A program made the position numbers and the translations under genes. Positions 7,296-15,912 of a stretch of 46,362 nucleotides of DNA are shown piece after piece. Source of the stretch: a virus. Taxonomy: Duplodnaviria; Caudoviricetes. Where the stretch lies: positions 1 to 46,362 of IMG/VR virus record IMGVR_UViG_3300037722_001735; one strand, given 5' to 3'. Numbering within the stretch: the first letter of the stretch is position 1; every line of letters begins with the position of its first letter. Below the pieces are notes generated by a model. It searched no databases, was not told the origin of the DNA, and saw only the letters and a list, made by a program, of their open reading frames with translations.

Positions 7296-8300
7296 ATGAC
7301 GAAGCGCTATCGCAATCTCATTGGCTCGATCGTTTCCGACGACAACATGCGCGAGGCCTATCGGCTCACCGCGCGCGCAAAGCGGCTGACACCAGGCTTT
7401 CTCGCCTTCAAGGAATTCGACGCGCTCAATCTTGCCGAGCTCGCGCAGGACATGAGGAGCGGAGCATACCGGCCGGGCAAGTCGAGCGAGTTCTTTATTC
7501 TCGATCCGAAGCGCCGGCTGATCTCGGCGCTGCCGTTCCGCGACCGCGTCGCGCAGCAGGCGCTCTGTCTTGTTGTCGGGCCGCTGTTCGATCGCGCGCT
7601 GCTGCCGCGCTGCTTCGCCTGCCGGCCGGGCAAGGGGACGCATGCCGGCGTGCGCGCGCTGCAGAGCGACCTGCGGCGCCTGGCGGCTGTGGGGCAGCCG
7701 GTCTATTTCCTCAAGACCGACTTCTCGCGCTACTTCGCATCGATCGAGCTGGCCGCGCTGTGGAAACTGATCGAGGCGAAGATCAGTTGCCGCGGTACTT
7801 TGCGTCTCATCGAAAAAATGGTGCCGCGGCAGGGCATCGGCCTGCCGATCGGCAGCCTCACCTCGCAGATCTTCGCCAATCTCTACACGGGCGCTACGCT
7901 CGACCGGCACCTGCAGCAGACGCTCGGCGAGCGATTCTGGTATCGTTACATGGACGACCTCGTGGTGCTCGGCCACGACGCCGCGCATCTTCGGCGGCTC
8001 AAGGATGAGATCGAGCGCTTCTCGCGCGAGCGGCTGTTCCTGCGTTTCTCGAAATGGCAGGTCGCGCCGGTCAGCCGCGGCGTGAATTTTCTGGGCTACC
8101 GAATCTGGGCGACACACAAACTCCTGCGGCGCGACAGTGTCGTGCGCGCACGGCGCAAGATCGCGGCCTACCGTGCGCGCGGCGACCGCGAAAAGCTTGC
8201 CCGCTTCGTCGGCGCCTGGCTCGGCCACGCAAACCACGCCGACAGCCGCAACCTCATCCGGCACCTCGATCTCCATGCCGAGACGGGAGTGCCGGCTTGA
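7296..8300 (+). CDS. DGR reverse transcriptase
   Basis: ATG 7296, 334 aa; PKRRLISALPFRDRVAQQA, GKGTHAG, LKTDFSRYFASI, GLPIGSLTSQIFAN, YRYMDD, FLGY; no maturase or endonuclease extension. Confidence 0.95.
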   Translation: MTKRYRNLIGSIVSDDNMREAYRLTARAKRLTPGFLAFKEFDALNLAELAQDMRSGAYRPGKSSEFFILDPKRRLISALPFRDRVAQQALCLVVGPLFDRALLPRCFACRPGKGTHAGVRALQSDLRRLAAVGQPVYFLKTDFSRYFASIELAALWKLIEAKISCRGTLRLIEKMVPRQGIGLPIGSLTSQIFANLYTGATLDRHLQQTLGERFWYRYMDDLVVLGHDAAHLRRLKDEIERFSRERLFLRFSKWQVAPVSRGVNFLGYRIWATHKLLRRDSVVRARRKIAAYRARGDREKLARFVGAWLGHANHADSRNLIRHLDLHAETGVPA

Positions 8301-10942
8301 AGACGCTCGACCAATTGGCACCGCTTCAGCCGCGGCGGACCGCGATCGCGCCGGATGCCGGAAGCTATCGCTCATTCCTGGAGGGAAAGATCAAGCTCGC
8401 CTCTTTCGATGGAGTTGAAATCGACGCGGCGGAAATCAATCCGGTGCTCAAGCCGCATCAGCGCGACATCGTCGTCTGGGCTTTGACGGGCGGCCGGCGC
8501 GCGATTTTTGCAGCCTTCGGGCTTGGCAAGACGCTCATGCAACTCGAGATCCTGCGGCTGGTCCGCAAGCATGCCGGAGGCATGACGCTGATCGTCCTGC
8601 CGCTCGGCGTCCGGCAGGAGTTTTTTCGCGACGCGGAACTCCTCGGCCTCACGCTCAAATTCATCCGCTACGACCGCGAAGCCGATGCCGGCGTGGACGT
8701 GCACGTCACCAATTATGAAAGCGTGCTGGACGGCAAGGTGACGCCGCAGGCCTTCACCGCCGCTTCGCTCGATGAAGCTGCGGTCCTGCGTTCCTACGGA
8801 TCGAAGACCTACCAGACGTTCCTGCCGCTCTTTGCCGACGTCCGTTTCCGTTTCGTCGCGACCGCGACGCCATCGCCCAACCGCTACAAGGAGTTGATCC
8901 ACTATGCCGGGTTCCTCGGCATCATGGACACCGGCCAGGCGCTGACGCGCTTCTTCCAGCGCGACAGCACCAAGGCGAACGAGCTCAATCTCTATCCGCA
9001 CAAGGAAGACGAGTTCTGGCTGTGGATGCACAGCTGGGCCGTCTTCGTGCAGAAGCCGTCCGACCTCGGGCATGCCGACGACGGCTACGACCTGCCGCCG
9101 GTGCATGTGCACTGGCACGAAGTGCCAAGCGACCATTCCACGGCCGGCACGGAGCGCGACGGGCAGGGGGCGCTGTTTAGGAACGCCGCGCTAGGCGTCA
9201 CGCAGGCGAGCTCCGAGAAGCGCGACTCGATCGCGGTGCGCGTCGCGAAGATGCGCGCGATCATCGACGCGGAGCCCGGCCGCCACGCCATCCTCTGGCA
9301 CGACCTGGAAAGCGAACGCGACGCGATCGAGCGCGCCGTCCCCGAATCGCAGTCGGTGTTCGGTTCGCTCGATCTCGTGGAGCGCGAAAAACGCATCATC
9401 GATTTCTCGGACGGCAAGTTTGCATTCCTCGCGACCAAGCCGGAACTCTCCGGCTCCGGCTGCAATTTCCAGCGCCATTGCTCGAAGGCGATCTTCGTCG
9501 GCGTCGGCTTCAAGTTCCACGATTTCATCCAGGCGGTGCACCGCATCGTCCGCTTCCTGCAGGTGGAAGCCTGCGACATCCACATCATCCATTCGGAGGC
9601 CGAGCGTGAAGTCGTCGCCACGCTGAAAAAGAAATGGGCGGAGCACGAGCGGCTGACCGCGCGCATGAGTGAACTGATCCGCCGCTACGGCCTCGGCCAG
9701 CATGGCGTGCACGATCAGCTCAAGCGCGCGATCGGCGTCGAGCGCGTCGCGGCGGAGGGCGAGCACTATCTCGTGGCGCGCAACGATGCGGTTGCGGAGG
9801 CGAAGTTGTGTGCGACGAATTCCGTCGGGCAGATCGTCACCTCGATTCCGTTCGCCAACCATTACGAATACACGGCGCAATACGAGGATTTCGGCCATAC
9901 CGACGACAACGGGCACTTCTGGGCGCAGATGGATTTCCTGACGCCCGAACTGCTGCGGATCCTGCAGCCCGGACGGCTTGCCTGCATCCACGTCAAGGAC
10001 CGCGTCCAGTTCGGCAATGTGACCGGCGCGGGCCTGCCGACTATCTCGCCGTTCCACGCCGAGGCGATCTTCCACTATCGCCGCCACGGCTTCGACTATG
10101 TCGGCATGATCACCGTCGTCACCGACGTCGTGCGCGAGAACAACCAGACCTACCGTCTCGGCTACAGCGAGATGTGCAAGGACGCGAGCAAGATCGGCGT
10201 CGGCTCGCCGGAATACGTGCTGCTGTTCCACAAGCCGCAGAGCGACCGCTCGCGCGGCTATGCCGATACGCCGGTCGTGAAGTCGAAAACGGATTACTCG
10301 CTCGCGCGCTGGCAGATCAATGCGCACGCATTCTGGCGCTCGTCCGGCGACCGCCAGCTGACGCCCGCGGAAATGATGACCTATCCGCCGGACGTGCTCG
10401 CCAAGGTGTTCACGGCCTGGAGCCTCGAAGGGCTCTACAATTTCGAAGACCATGTGGCGATCGGCGAGGCGCTGGAAAAGCGCAACGCCCTGCCGTCATC
10501 GTTCATGTCGCTCGCGCCCGGCTCGCACGATCCGACGGTGTGGCACGACGTCAACCGCATGCGCACGCTCAATGGCGAGCAGGTGAAGCGCAATGTCGAG
10601 ATGCATCTGTGCCCGCTGCAGTTCGACATCGTCGACCGGCTGATCCGGCAATATTCGAACGAGGGTGATCTCGTCTACGACCCGTTCGGAGGTTTGATGA
10701 CCGTGCCCTACCGCGCGCTCCTGCTGAAGCGCCGGGGGGGGGCATCGGAACTGAACGAATCCTATTTCCGCGACGGCCTGCACTATCTCGAAGCCGCCGA
10801 ACGGCAGCGCGGCATGCCGGGCCTGTTCGACTTGGAGCGCGCTGCCGAAGCCGCGCCGCCGCAGGCGGCCGGGGAGGCCCCAGCGCGTTCGTGCGAAGGC
10901 GCGCGCGTCACGATCGGCACGCAGCAGGAGGCGGCTGAATGA
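8297..10942 (+). CDS. SNF2-like helicase fused to amino-(N4C/N6A) DNA methyltransferase
   Basis: Probable TTG start overlapping the RT stop; AAFGLGKT, LDEA, ATATPSPN, QAVHRIVRF; C-terminal VTSIPF and VYDPFGG. Confidence 0.85.
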   Translation: MKTLDQLAPLQPRRTAIAPDAGSYRSFLEGKIKLASFDGVEIDAAEINPVLKPHQRDIVVWALTGGRRAIFAAFGLGKTLMQLEILRLVRKHAGGMTLIVLPLGVRQEFFRDAELLGLTLKFIRYDREADAGVDVHVTNYESVLDGKVTPQAFTAASLDEAAVLRSYGSKTYQTFLPLFADVRFRFVATATPSPNRYKELIHYAGFLGIMDTGQALTRFFQRDSTKANELNLYPHKEDEFWLWMHSWAVFVQKPSDLGHADDGYDLPPVHVHWHEVPSDHSTAGTERDGQGALFRNAALGVTQASSEKRDSIAVRVAKMRAIIDAEPGRHAILWHDLESERDAIERAVPESQSVFGSLDLVEREKRIIDFSDGKFAFLATKPELSGSGCNFQRHCSKAIFVGVGFKFHDFIQAVHRIVRFLQVEACDIHIIHSEAEREVVATLKKKWAEHERLTARMSELIRRYGLGQHGVHDQLKRAIGVERVAAEGEHYLVARNDAVAEAKLCATNSVGQIVTSIPFANHYEYTAQYEDFGHTDDNGHFWAQMDFLTPELLRILQPGRLACIHVKDRVQFGNVTGAGLPTISPFHAEAIFHYRRHGFDYVGMITVVTDVVRENNQTYRLGYSEMCKDASKIGVGSPEYVLLFHKPQSDRSRGYADTPVVKSKTDYSLARWQINAHAFWRSSGDRQLTPAEMMTYPPDVLAKVFTAWSLEGLYNFEDHVAIGEALEKRNALPSSFMSLAPGSHDPTVWHDVNRMRTLNGEQVKRNVEMHLCPLQFDIVDRLIRQYSNEGDLVYDPFGGLMTVPYRALLLKRRGGASELNESYFRDGLHYLEAAERQRGMPGLFDLERAAEAAPPQAAGEAPARSCEGARVTIGTQQEAAE

Positions 10943-11020
10943 AACCCGAACTCATTGTCGATCTTTTCGCCGGAGGCGGGGGTGCGTCGCTCGGCATCGA
11001 AATGGCGCTCGGTCGACCGC
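10939..11020 (+). pseudogene. N-terminal remnant of a C5-cytosine DNA methyltransferase
   Basis: MKPELIVDLFAGGGGASLGIEMALGRP (motif I) with no further MTase motifs. Confidence 0.65.
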
Positions 11021-11088
11021 AAGACGGCGAAGGACGTCGCGCGCGAACATATGAGTGGTGTCATGGCGATGCTGCGGAGGGTGCGGAC

Positions 11089-12171
11089 ATGAGCGACAAG
11101 ACCGACATCGGCTGGACCGACGCAACGTGGACGGTTGTGCAGGGCTGCGACCCGGTCAGCCCCGGCTGCGAGAATTGCTACGTGCCGGGCGTGCTCCTCC
11201 GCCTGGCGGGTAACCCGAACCCGAAGATCTCGGGGCCGGTGCAGGGCCTCGCGGAGCGCTACACGAACGCGGCGGGCAAGTCGCGCCTGCGCTTCACCGG
11301 CACAATCGCCCTGCGCCAGGACCGACTGGATTGGCCGCTGCAATGGGCGAAGCCGCGCAAGATTTTCATCCCGAGTCACGGCGATCTCTTCCACGAGGAC
11401 GTGCCCGATGAATTCATTCTGCGAGTGCTCGACGTCGTGCGGCGCTGTTCCTACGACGGCGGGTCGAACTGCGGAAAGATCGGGCGCGGTCATGGCCAGC
11501 ACGAGTTTCAGTTGCTGACGAAGCGTGCGGGGCGCATGGCGGCGTTCATGCCGCGCCTTCGCTTCAACGACAGGGCGGACGAAGAGAAGGGCGAGACCGG
11601 ACTCTATCTCGCGGACGATGGGAAATGGCCAGTCGTGATGAAGAATCTCTGGATCGGCGTCTCCGCCGAGGACCAGGAGCGCGCTGACGAGCGTATTCAA
11701 CTGCTGTTGCAGACACCGGCGGCGATCCGCTTCGTCTCGTGCGAGCCGCTGCTGGGGCCGATTGATCTGATCGGCACGATGGCGCGATGGCAGGACAATC
11801 CGAAACGGGACCGTTCTTGGGTTCGTCTCGGCACGCAGCTGATCAATTGGGTGATCGTCGGCGGCGAGAGCGGCAAGCACGCGCGGCCGATGCATCCGGA
11901 CTGGGCGCGCTCGCTGCGCGATCAGTGCAAGGCGGCAGGCGTGCCGTTCTTTTTCAAGCAGTGGGGCGCTTGGACGCCGGGCGAGAACGTCGAAGGCCCG
12001 GCAAACCGCACGGAGCATGTCGCCTATTGGTTCGTCGATGGGTGGAATTTCGGAAAGCTGACGCCGCGTGAGAGCGATGAGACGCATCGCGATGACGCGC
12101 CCGACGTGTACCGGAGAGCTACGGCTTCCGCCTTCCTCGATGGCGTCGAACACAACGGATTTCCTGCATGA
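11089..12171 (+). CDS. Phage Gp37/Gp68 (DUF5131) three-Cys radical-SAM-like protein
   Basis: GGAGG RBS and ATG 11089; IGWTDATW, GCDPVSPGCENCY, DLFHE, LLTKR, SCEPLLG, WVIVGGESG, PFFFKQWG. Confidence 0.9.
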   Translation: MSDKTDIGWTDATWTVVQGCDPVSPGCENCYVPGVLLRLAGNPNPKISGPVQGLAERYTNAAGKSRLRFTGTIALRQDRLDWPLQWAKPRKIFIPSHGDLFHEDVPDEFILRVLDVVRRCSYDGGSNCGKIGRGHGQHEFQLLTKRAGRMAAFMPRLRFNDRADEEKGETGLYLADDGKWPVVMKNLWIGVSAEDQERADERIQLLLQTPAAIRFVSCEPLLGPIDLIGTMARWQDNPKRDRSWVRLGTQLINWVIVGGESGKHARPMHPDWARSLRDQCKAAGVPFFFKQWGAWTPGENVEGPANRTEHVAYWFVDGWNFGKLTPRESDETHRDDAPDVYRRATASAFLDGVEHNGFPA

Positions 12172-12632
12172 TCTTCGCCGCCATTACTGTCTGGCAGCCG
12201 TGGGCTTCGCTTATCGTGATCGGCGCGAAGCCTTACGAGTTCCGCGGCCGCAAGCCACCGGCGAAGCATGTCGGCAACCGCATCGCGGTTCATGCCGGCG
12301 CCCGGCCGGTCAAGCCAGACGAGATCGTTCAACTGATCCAAAAGCTCGGCGCTCGCGATGTCTGCCTTAAACAAGAGATCGCTTTTCCATTTCTCGAGCG
12401 AGTTCTGGATGGTGAGATCACATTGCCGACCTCGCATGTTCTCGCCACCGCGATCCTCGGAGAAGGAAAGCGAGGCGACGAGTGCGCGCGCGAACTCGGA
12501 ATCGCGATCGGCGGCAACGACTCCGACCGCGAAGGCACGTTCAATTACGGCTGGCCGCTCACGGACATTCAGCCGCTTGTGCCGCCCGTGCCGGCGCGGG
12601 GTTCCCAAGGCTGGTGGAGCTTCACCGCATGA
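12168..12632 (+). CDS. ASCH-domain protein
   Basis: ITVWQPWASLIVIGAKPYEFR, IAVHAG, PVPARGSQGWW. Confidence 0.8.
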   Translation: MIFAAITVWQPWASLIVIGAKPYEFRGRKPPAKHVGNRIAVHAGARPVKPDEIVQLIQKLGARDVCLKQEIAFPFLERVLDGEITLPTSHVLATAILGEGKRGDECARELGIAIGGNDSDREGTFNYGWPLTDIQPLVPPVPARGSQGWWSFTA

Positions 12633-14092
12633 CCACCGGCCGTAAACCGAAACGCACGACCGGGCGGGGCATGTTCCGCGGGCTGCCCCAGACCGGCTAC
12701 GCGCCGCTCGGCCGTCTCTTTCTCCAGGACAAGGAACTGTCCGGCGAGGCGCGCATGGTCGGCGCCTATCTGCTTTCCAAGCCGCAGGGCTGGTCGGTCG
12801 ATATCGACGACCTGATCCGCAATCTGCGCTGGAAGACCGACCGCATCTATCGCTATCTGGCCGAGCTGATCGACCATGGCTATTGCGTGCGCCGCCGCGT
12901 GCAGGGCGAAGACGGCATGTTCGACGGCTCCGAATATGTCGTGGCCGACGTCAAGGAAGCGATCCTGGCCCAGCGGCAGGAATGGATCGAGGCGGGCTAC
13001 AAGTTCTATCCGTCCGATGAGAAGCGCTATGCCGCGCACGAGCAGGAACAGGAGCACGCCGCCGGCGATGCGTCGGCCACCGAAAATTCCGCACCATGTC
13101 GCGTTTTACCGGACACGGTTCAACCGTACACGGTCAAACCCGACGACGTATATAATATAGATAGAAACAAACCTCCCCCCCAAAGCCCCCCCGCAAGCGC
13201 TGCGGGCTACTTCGAAAAGAGAAACGGCGCGGCGCCCGACGCTCCGGCGGCGGCCCCGCTGACGAGCGGAGCGAGCGGCCAGCGGGGCGAACGCGAAGGG
13301 CCGCCGCCATCGCTGGCGCCGCAATCCGAACAGGCCCATCGATCCGCCCCGCCTGCAACCGGCGCACCGCCGACCGTCCCCGACGGCCATGCCGGACAAT
13401 CGTCGACCGTCACGGCAAGCGGCACGGCCGAGGGCCAGCCGAGGAAGGACTTTTTGCAAAATTCGCCGGCCACGCTCCGCCCCGTGACCTTCCTCGACTT
13501 CTGGCGCGAGTACGAGCCGCACAGCGGCAGCCGCCGCGACAAGGCGGTCGATGCCTGGGACCGGCTCGACGCCGACAAGCGGCTGCACGCGTTTTCCGTC
13601 CTGCCGCAATATTTCGGGCACATGGGCAAGATCAACAAAAAGCCGCTGCCCGCATGGCGCTACCTGCGCCTGGGCGCGTTCCGCGATTACGCGCTGCCCG
13701 TGGCGCCGCGCGAGCCGGGCGACGTGGCGGCGCCGGTGCGGCCCGTGCCGCCTTCGTCCGACGAAGTGCTCGCCTCGCCGCTCGGCCTGCGCGCGGCCGA
13801 AGGGCGGTGGGCGCTCGAACTCGTCGAATTCATCGAGCGCCAGCGGCGCTTGCCGGGCGAAGGCGAATGCACCGATCTCGCACGCCGCGGACGCGCGCGG
13901 CATCGCGAACTTCTCGCCGACGAAGCGGCCGTGACAGCGGGCACCATGGTCGCGCCGATGCTGCAGGCACTGCTCGGCAAGCGCCGCATGCTGATCGAAA
14001 AGGCGCTGCGCAAGCACGGCCGCGCGCCGCCTGCGAGCGAAGACGATGGCGGCGGCCTTGAGCCAGAGGACGAACTTGCGGATTTTACGTGA
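12629..14092 (+). CDS. Phage replication initiator (N-terminal HTH, lambda O-like organisation)
   Basis: ATG 12629; LSGEARMVGAYLLSKPQGW...ELIDHGY; internal iterons and AT tract; FLDFWREY C-terminal domain. Confidence 0.7.
   Translation: MTTGRKPKRTTGRGMFRGLPQTGYAPLGRLFLQDKELSGEARMVGAYLLSKPQGWSVDIDDLIRNLRWKTDRIYRYLAELIDHGYCVRRRVQGEDGMFDGSEYVVADVKEAILAQRQEWIEAGYKFYPSDEKRYAAHEQEQEHAAGDASATENSAPCRVLPDTVQPYTVKPDDVYNIDRNKPPPQSPPASAAGYFEKRNGAAPDAPAAAPLTSGASGQRGEREGPPPSLAPQSEQAHRSAPPATGAPPTVPDGHAGQSSTVTASGTAEGQPRKDFLQNSPATLRPVTFLDFWREYEPHSGSRRDKAVDAWDRLDADKRLHAFSVLPQYFGHMGKINKKPLPAWRYLRLGAFRDYALPVAPREPGDVAAPVRPVPPSSDEVLASPLGLRAAEGRWALELVEFIERQRRLPGEGECTDLARRGRARHRELLADEAAVTAGTMVAPMLQALLGKRRMLIEKALRKHGRAPPASEDDGGGLEPEDELADFT
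13108..13171. other. Putative replication origin
   Basis: ACCG-gaca-CGGT (13108) and ACCG-taca-CGGT (13123) at a 15-bp period, then AT-rich TATATAATATAGATAGAAACAAA. Confidence 0.6.
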
Positions 14093-14116
14093 CGCAGAAC
14101 CCGAACGGAGCGCCCC

Positions 14117-14941
14117 ATGCCCAAAGCCGAAATCGACATCGAGCGCCTGCTTTCCTGGACCTATCGCGACGAGCTGCCGAAGCAGCGTTTCGCCCTCGAT
14201 GGCGCGTCGATCTCGTCGAGTTATGAAAACGTGATGGCCTACGGTGCCATGGGCGGGATCGATATCGATGAAAGCCCGCGCCTGCCGGCGGCGCTCGGCG
14301 CGCCGCATCCCGACGCCTTTGTGGTCGAGGCGGCGGTGCGTGCGCTGATGGCCGTGAAGATTGAGTGGGATACGAACGGCCGCGCGCTCATGGGCGACTT
14401 CGCCGATCTTGTCATCCCTCATGCGCGGCTGTGCTTCTGGTCCGCCGACATGGAGCCGCTCGTCGTCATGCACGCACGCATGGGCACGCGGCCCGACTGG
14501 CGGCACGAGCCGTTCGAATGTGTGCGCATGCAGGATGAGACCGGACGCAACGGCAAGGCGATCGTGGTCGGGCGCGATCCGGCGACCCATCGCTATGTGC
14601 GTGAACCGGACGCGCATGGTGCCTATGCGCGTTGCCCGCTGGTGTGGAAGCCGGATCCGGCCATGGTCGCCGAGGCGCGCATGGAATATGCCGCCTGGCA
14701 CGCCGGGCTTTGCGAGCTTGCCGAATCACTCGGGACCGATTCGCTCTCCGCGCATGTCGCGCTGCCGCCCGCTTGCTCGGCGGAGCCTTGGCTCACGCCC
14801 GATCCACAGGTGAATATTCTCGACGGCGGAACGGCGGGAAAGCCGCAGCCCGCCGCGCGTTCCGCGCGGGCGCGCATGCTCGCGCCGCTGTCGCGCGGGC
14901 AGCATGGTCCGGTGCGCCACTTGACTGCGCGAGGAACTTGA
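14117..14941 (+). CDS. Phage protein in the late-regulator (Q-like) position
   Basis: 274 aa, GGAG RBS; function inferred from position only. Confidence 0.55.
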   Translation: MPKAEIDIERLLSWTYRDELPKQRFALDGASISSSYENVMAYGAMGGIDIDESPRLPAALGAPHPDAFVVEAAVRALMAVKIEWDTNGRALMGDFADLVIPHARLCFWSADMEPLVVMHARMGTRPDWRHEPFECVRMQDETGRNGKAIVVGRDPATHRYVREPDAHGAYARCPLVWKPDPAMVAEARMEYAAWHAGLCELAESLGTDSLSAHVALPPACSAEPWLTPDPQVNILDGGTAGKPQPAARSARARMLAPLSRGQHGPVRHLTARGT

Positions 14942-14973
14942 CAGACACAGGAGCAGCAAACGAATGAGTCCAG

Positions 14974-15003
14974 AGCCCCGGCCGCCCAGCGCGCCGGGGT
15001 TTC
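14974..15003 (+). terminator. Hairpin or weak terminator before the late genes
   Basis: CCCCGGC...GCCGGGG stem followed by TTT. Confidence 0.35.
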
Positions 15004-15022
15004 GCGTTTCAAGAGGCTGCTG

Positions 15023-15790
15023 ATGGCAGTGCATGGCTTCAATGTCGACGTGCGGGCGGACTTCGCGCGGCTCACAGCCAACATTAATCGCTTCGAGCGG
15101 AACGAAATCCCGTTCGTGACGGCCTATGCGCTCACCAAGACGGCGCAGGACATCCGGGCCGAAGAATACAAGGCCATGGCCGCCGTGTTCGACCGGCCGA
15201 CGCGCTTTACATTGAACTCGCTGCAGGTGAAGGGCGCGAACAAGCACAATCTACAGGCCAAGGTCGAGTTCAAGGAAGGCTTCAATTCGATCCCGGCATG
15301 GAAATATCTCGGGCCGCAGGTCGAGGGCGGGGCGCGCAAGAAGAAGTCGCACGAGCGGCATCTCGAACGCGCCGGCATCCTGCGTCCCGACGAGTATGTG
15401 GTGCCGGGGGCAGGCGCGCAGCTCGATGCGCATGGCAACATGCGTGGCGGCCATATCGTCCGCATCCTATCGCAGCTTGGTGCCGCCGAGAACGCCTCGG
15501 GTTACATGGCGAACATCACTGCGCGCTCGCGCAAGACGAAACGGCACCGGGCGAGGGGCACGTACTTCGCCGTTCGGGATCATGAGAGCCTGCCCGACGG
15601 GATCTATCATAGTCAGGGCGCGCGCAAGATCGTGCCGGTCATGATGTTCGTGTCGCAGCCGCAGTACGACAAGCGATACCCTTATTTCGCGACGGCGGAC
15701 CAGACCTATCGCCGCGTCTTCCCGCGGCACTTTCGGGCTGGCTGGCGCCGCTACGTTCGAGTGCCCAACTCGCGCCCGATTCCATTTTGA
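15023..15790 (+). CDS. Basic phage morphogenesis protein (minor tail Z-like, tentative)
   Basis: IPFVTAYALTKTA...FDRPTRFTLNS pattern; immediately upstream of the terminase region. Confidence 0.55.
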   Translation: MAVHGFNVDVRADFARLTANINRFERNEIPFVTAYALTKTAQDIRAEEYKAMAAVFDRPTRFTLNSLQVKGANKHNLQAKVEFKEGFNSIPAWKYLGPQVEGGARKKKSHERHLERAGILRPDEYVVPGAGAQLDAHGNMRGGHIVRILSQLGAAENASGYMANITARSRKTKRHRARGTYFAVRDHESLPDGIYHSQGARKIVPVMMFVSQPQYDKRYPYFATADQTYRRVFPRHFRAGWRRYVRVPNSRPIPF

Positions 15791-15796
15791 GGCCGT

Positions 15797-15912
15797 GGGT
15801 CCTTCCCCGGCCGCCAAGCCACGCTAGTAATTCGACCGCCGATCCTTCGGCAGTCTGACGGGTTTTTGAGAGGCTAAAGTCCGCTCAAGTCATAGGGTAA
15901 AGAGGCTAAAGT
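15797..15912 (+). other. Putative cos packaging site
   Basis: GGGTCCT (same as lambda cosQ) at 15797-15803; direct repeat AGAGGCTAAAGT at 15869 and 15901 just before terS. Confidence 0.55.

Larger units (their letters stand above)
4556..8300 (+). mobile_element. Diversity-generating retroelement cassette (target1-target2-avd-TR-RT)
   Basis: All components present; TR/VR mismatches almost exclusively at TR adenines. Confidence 0.97.

Noticed and set aside
6435-8300. 621-aa ORF as the real RT
   Set aside because: Its N-terminal part overlaps avd in another frame and runs through TR; RT homology starts at ATG 7296
7296-8300. RT as group II intron, retron or Abi RT
   Set aside because: Short, has the GxxxSQ signature, no maturase domain, and is accompanied by avd and TR/VR pairs
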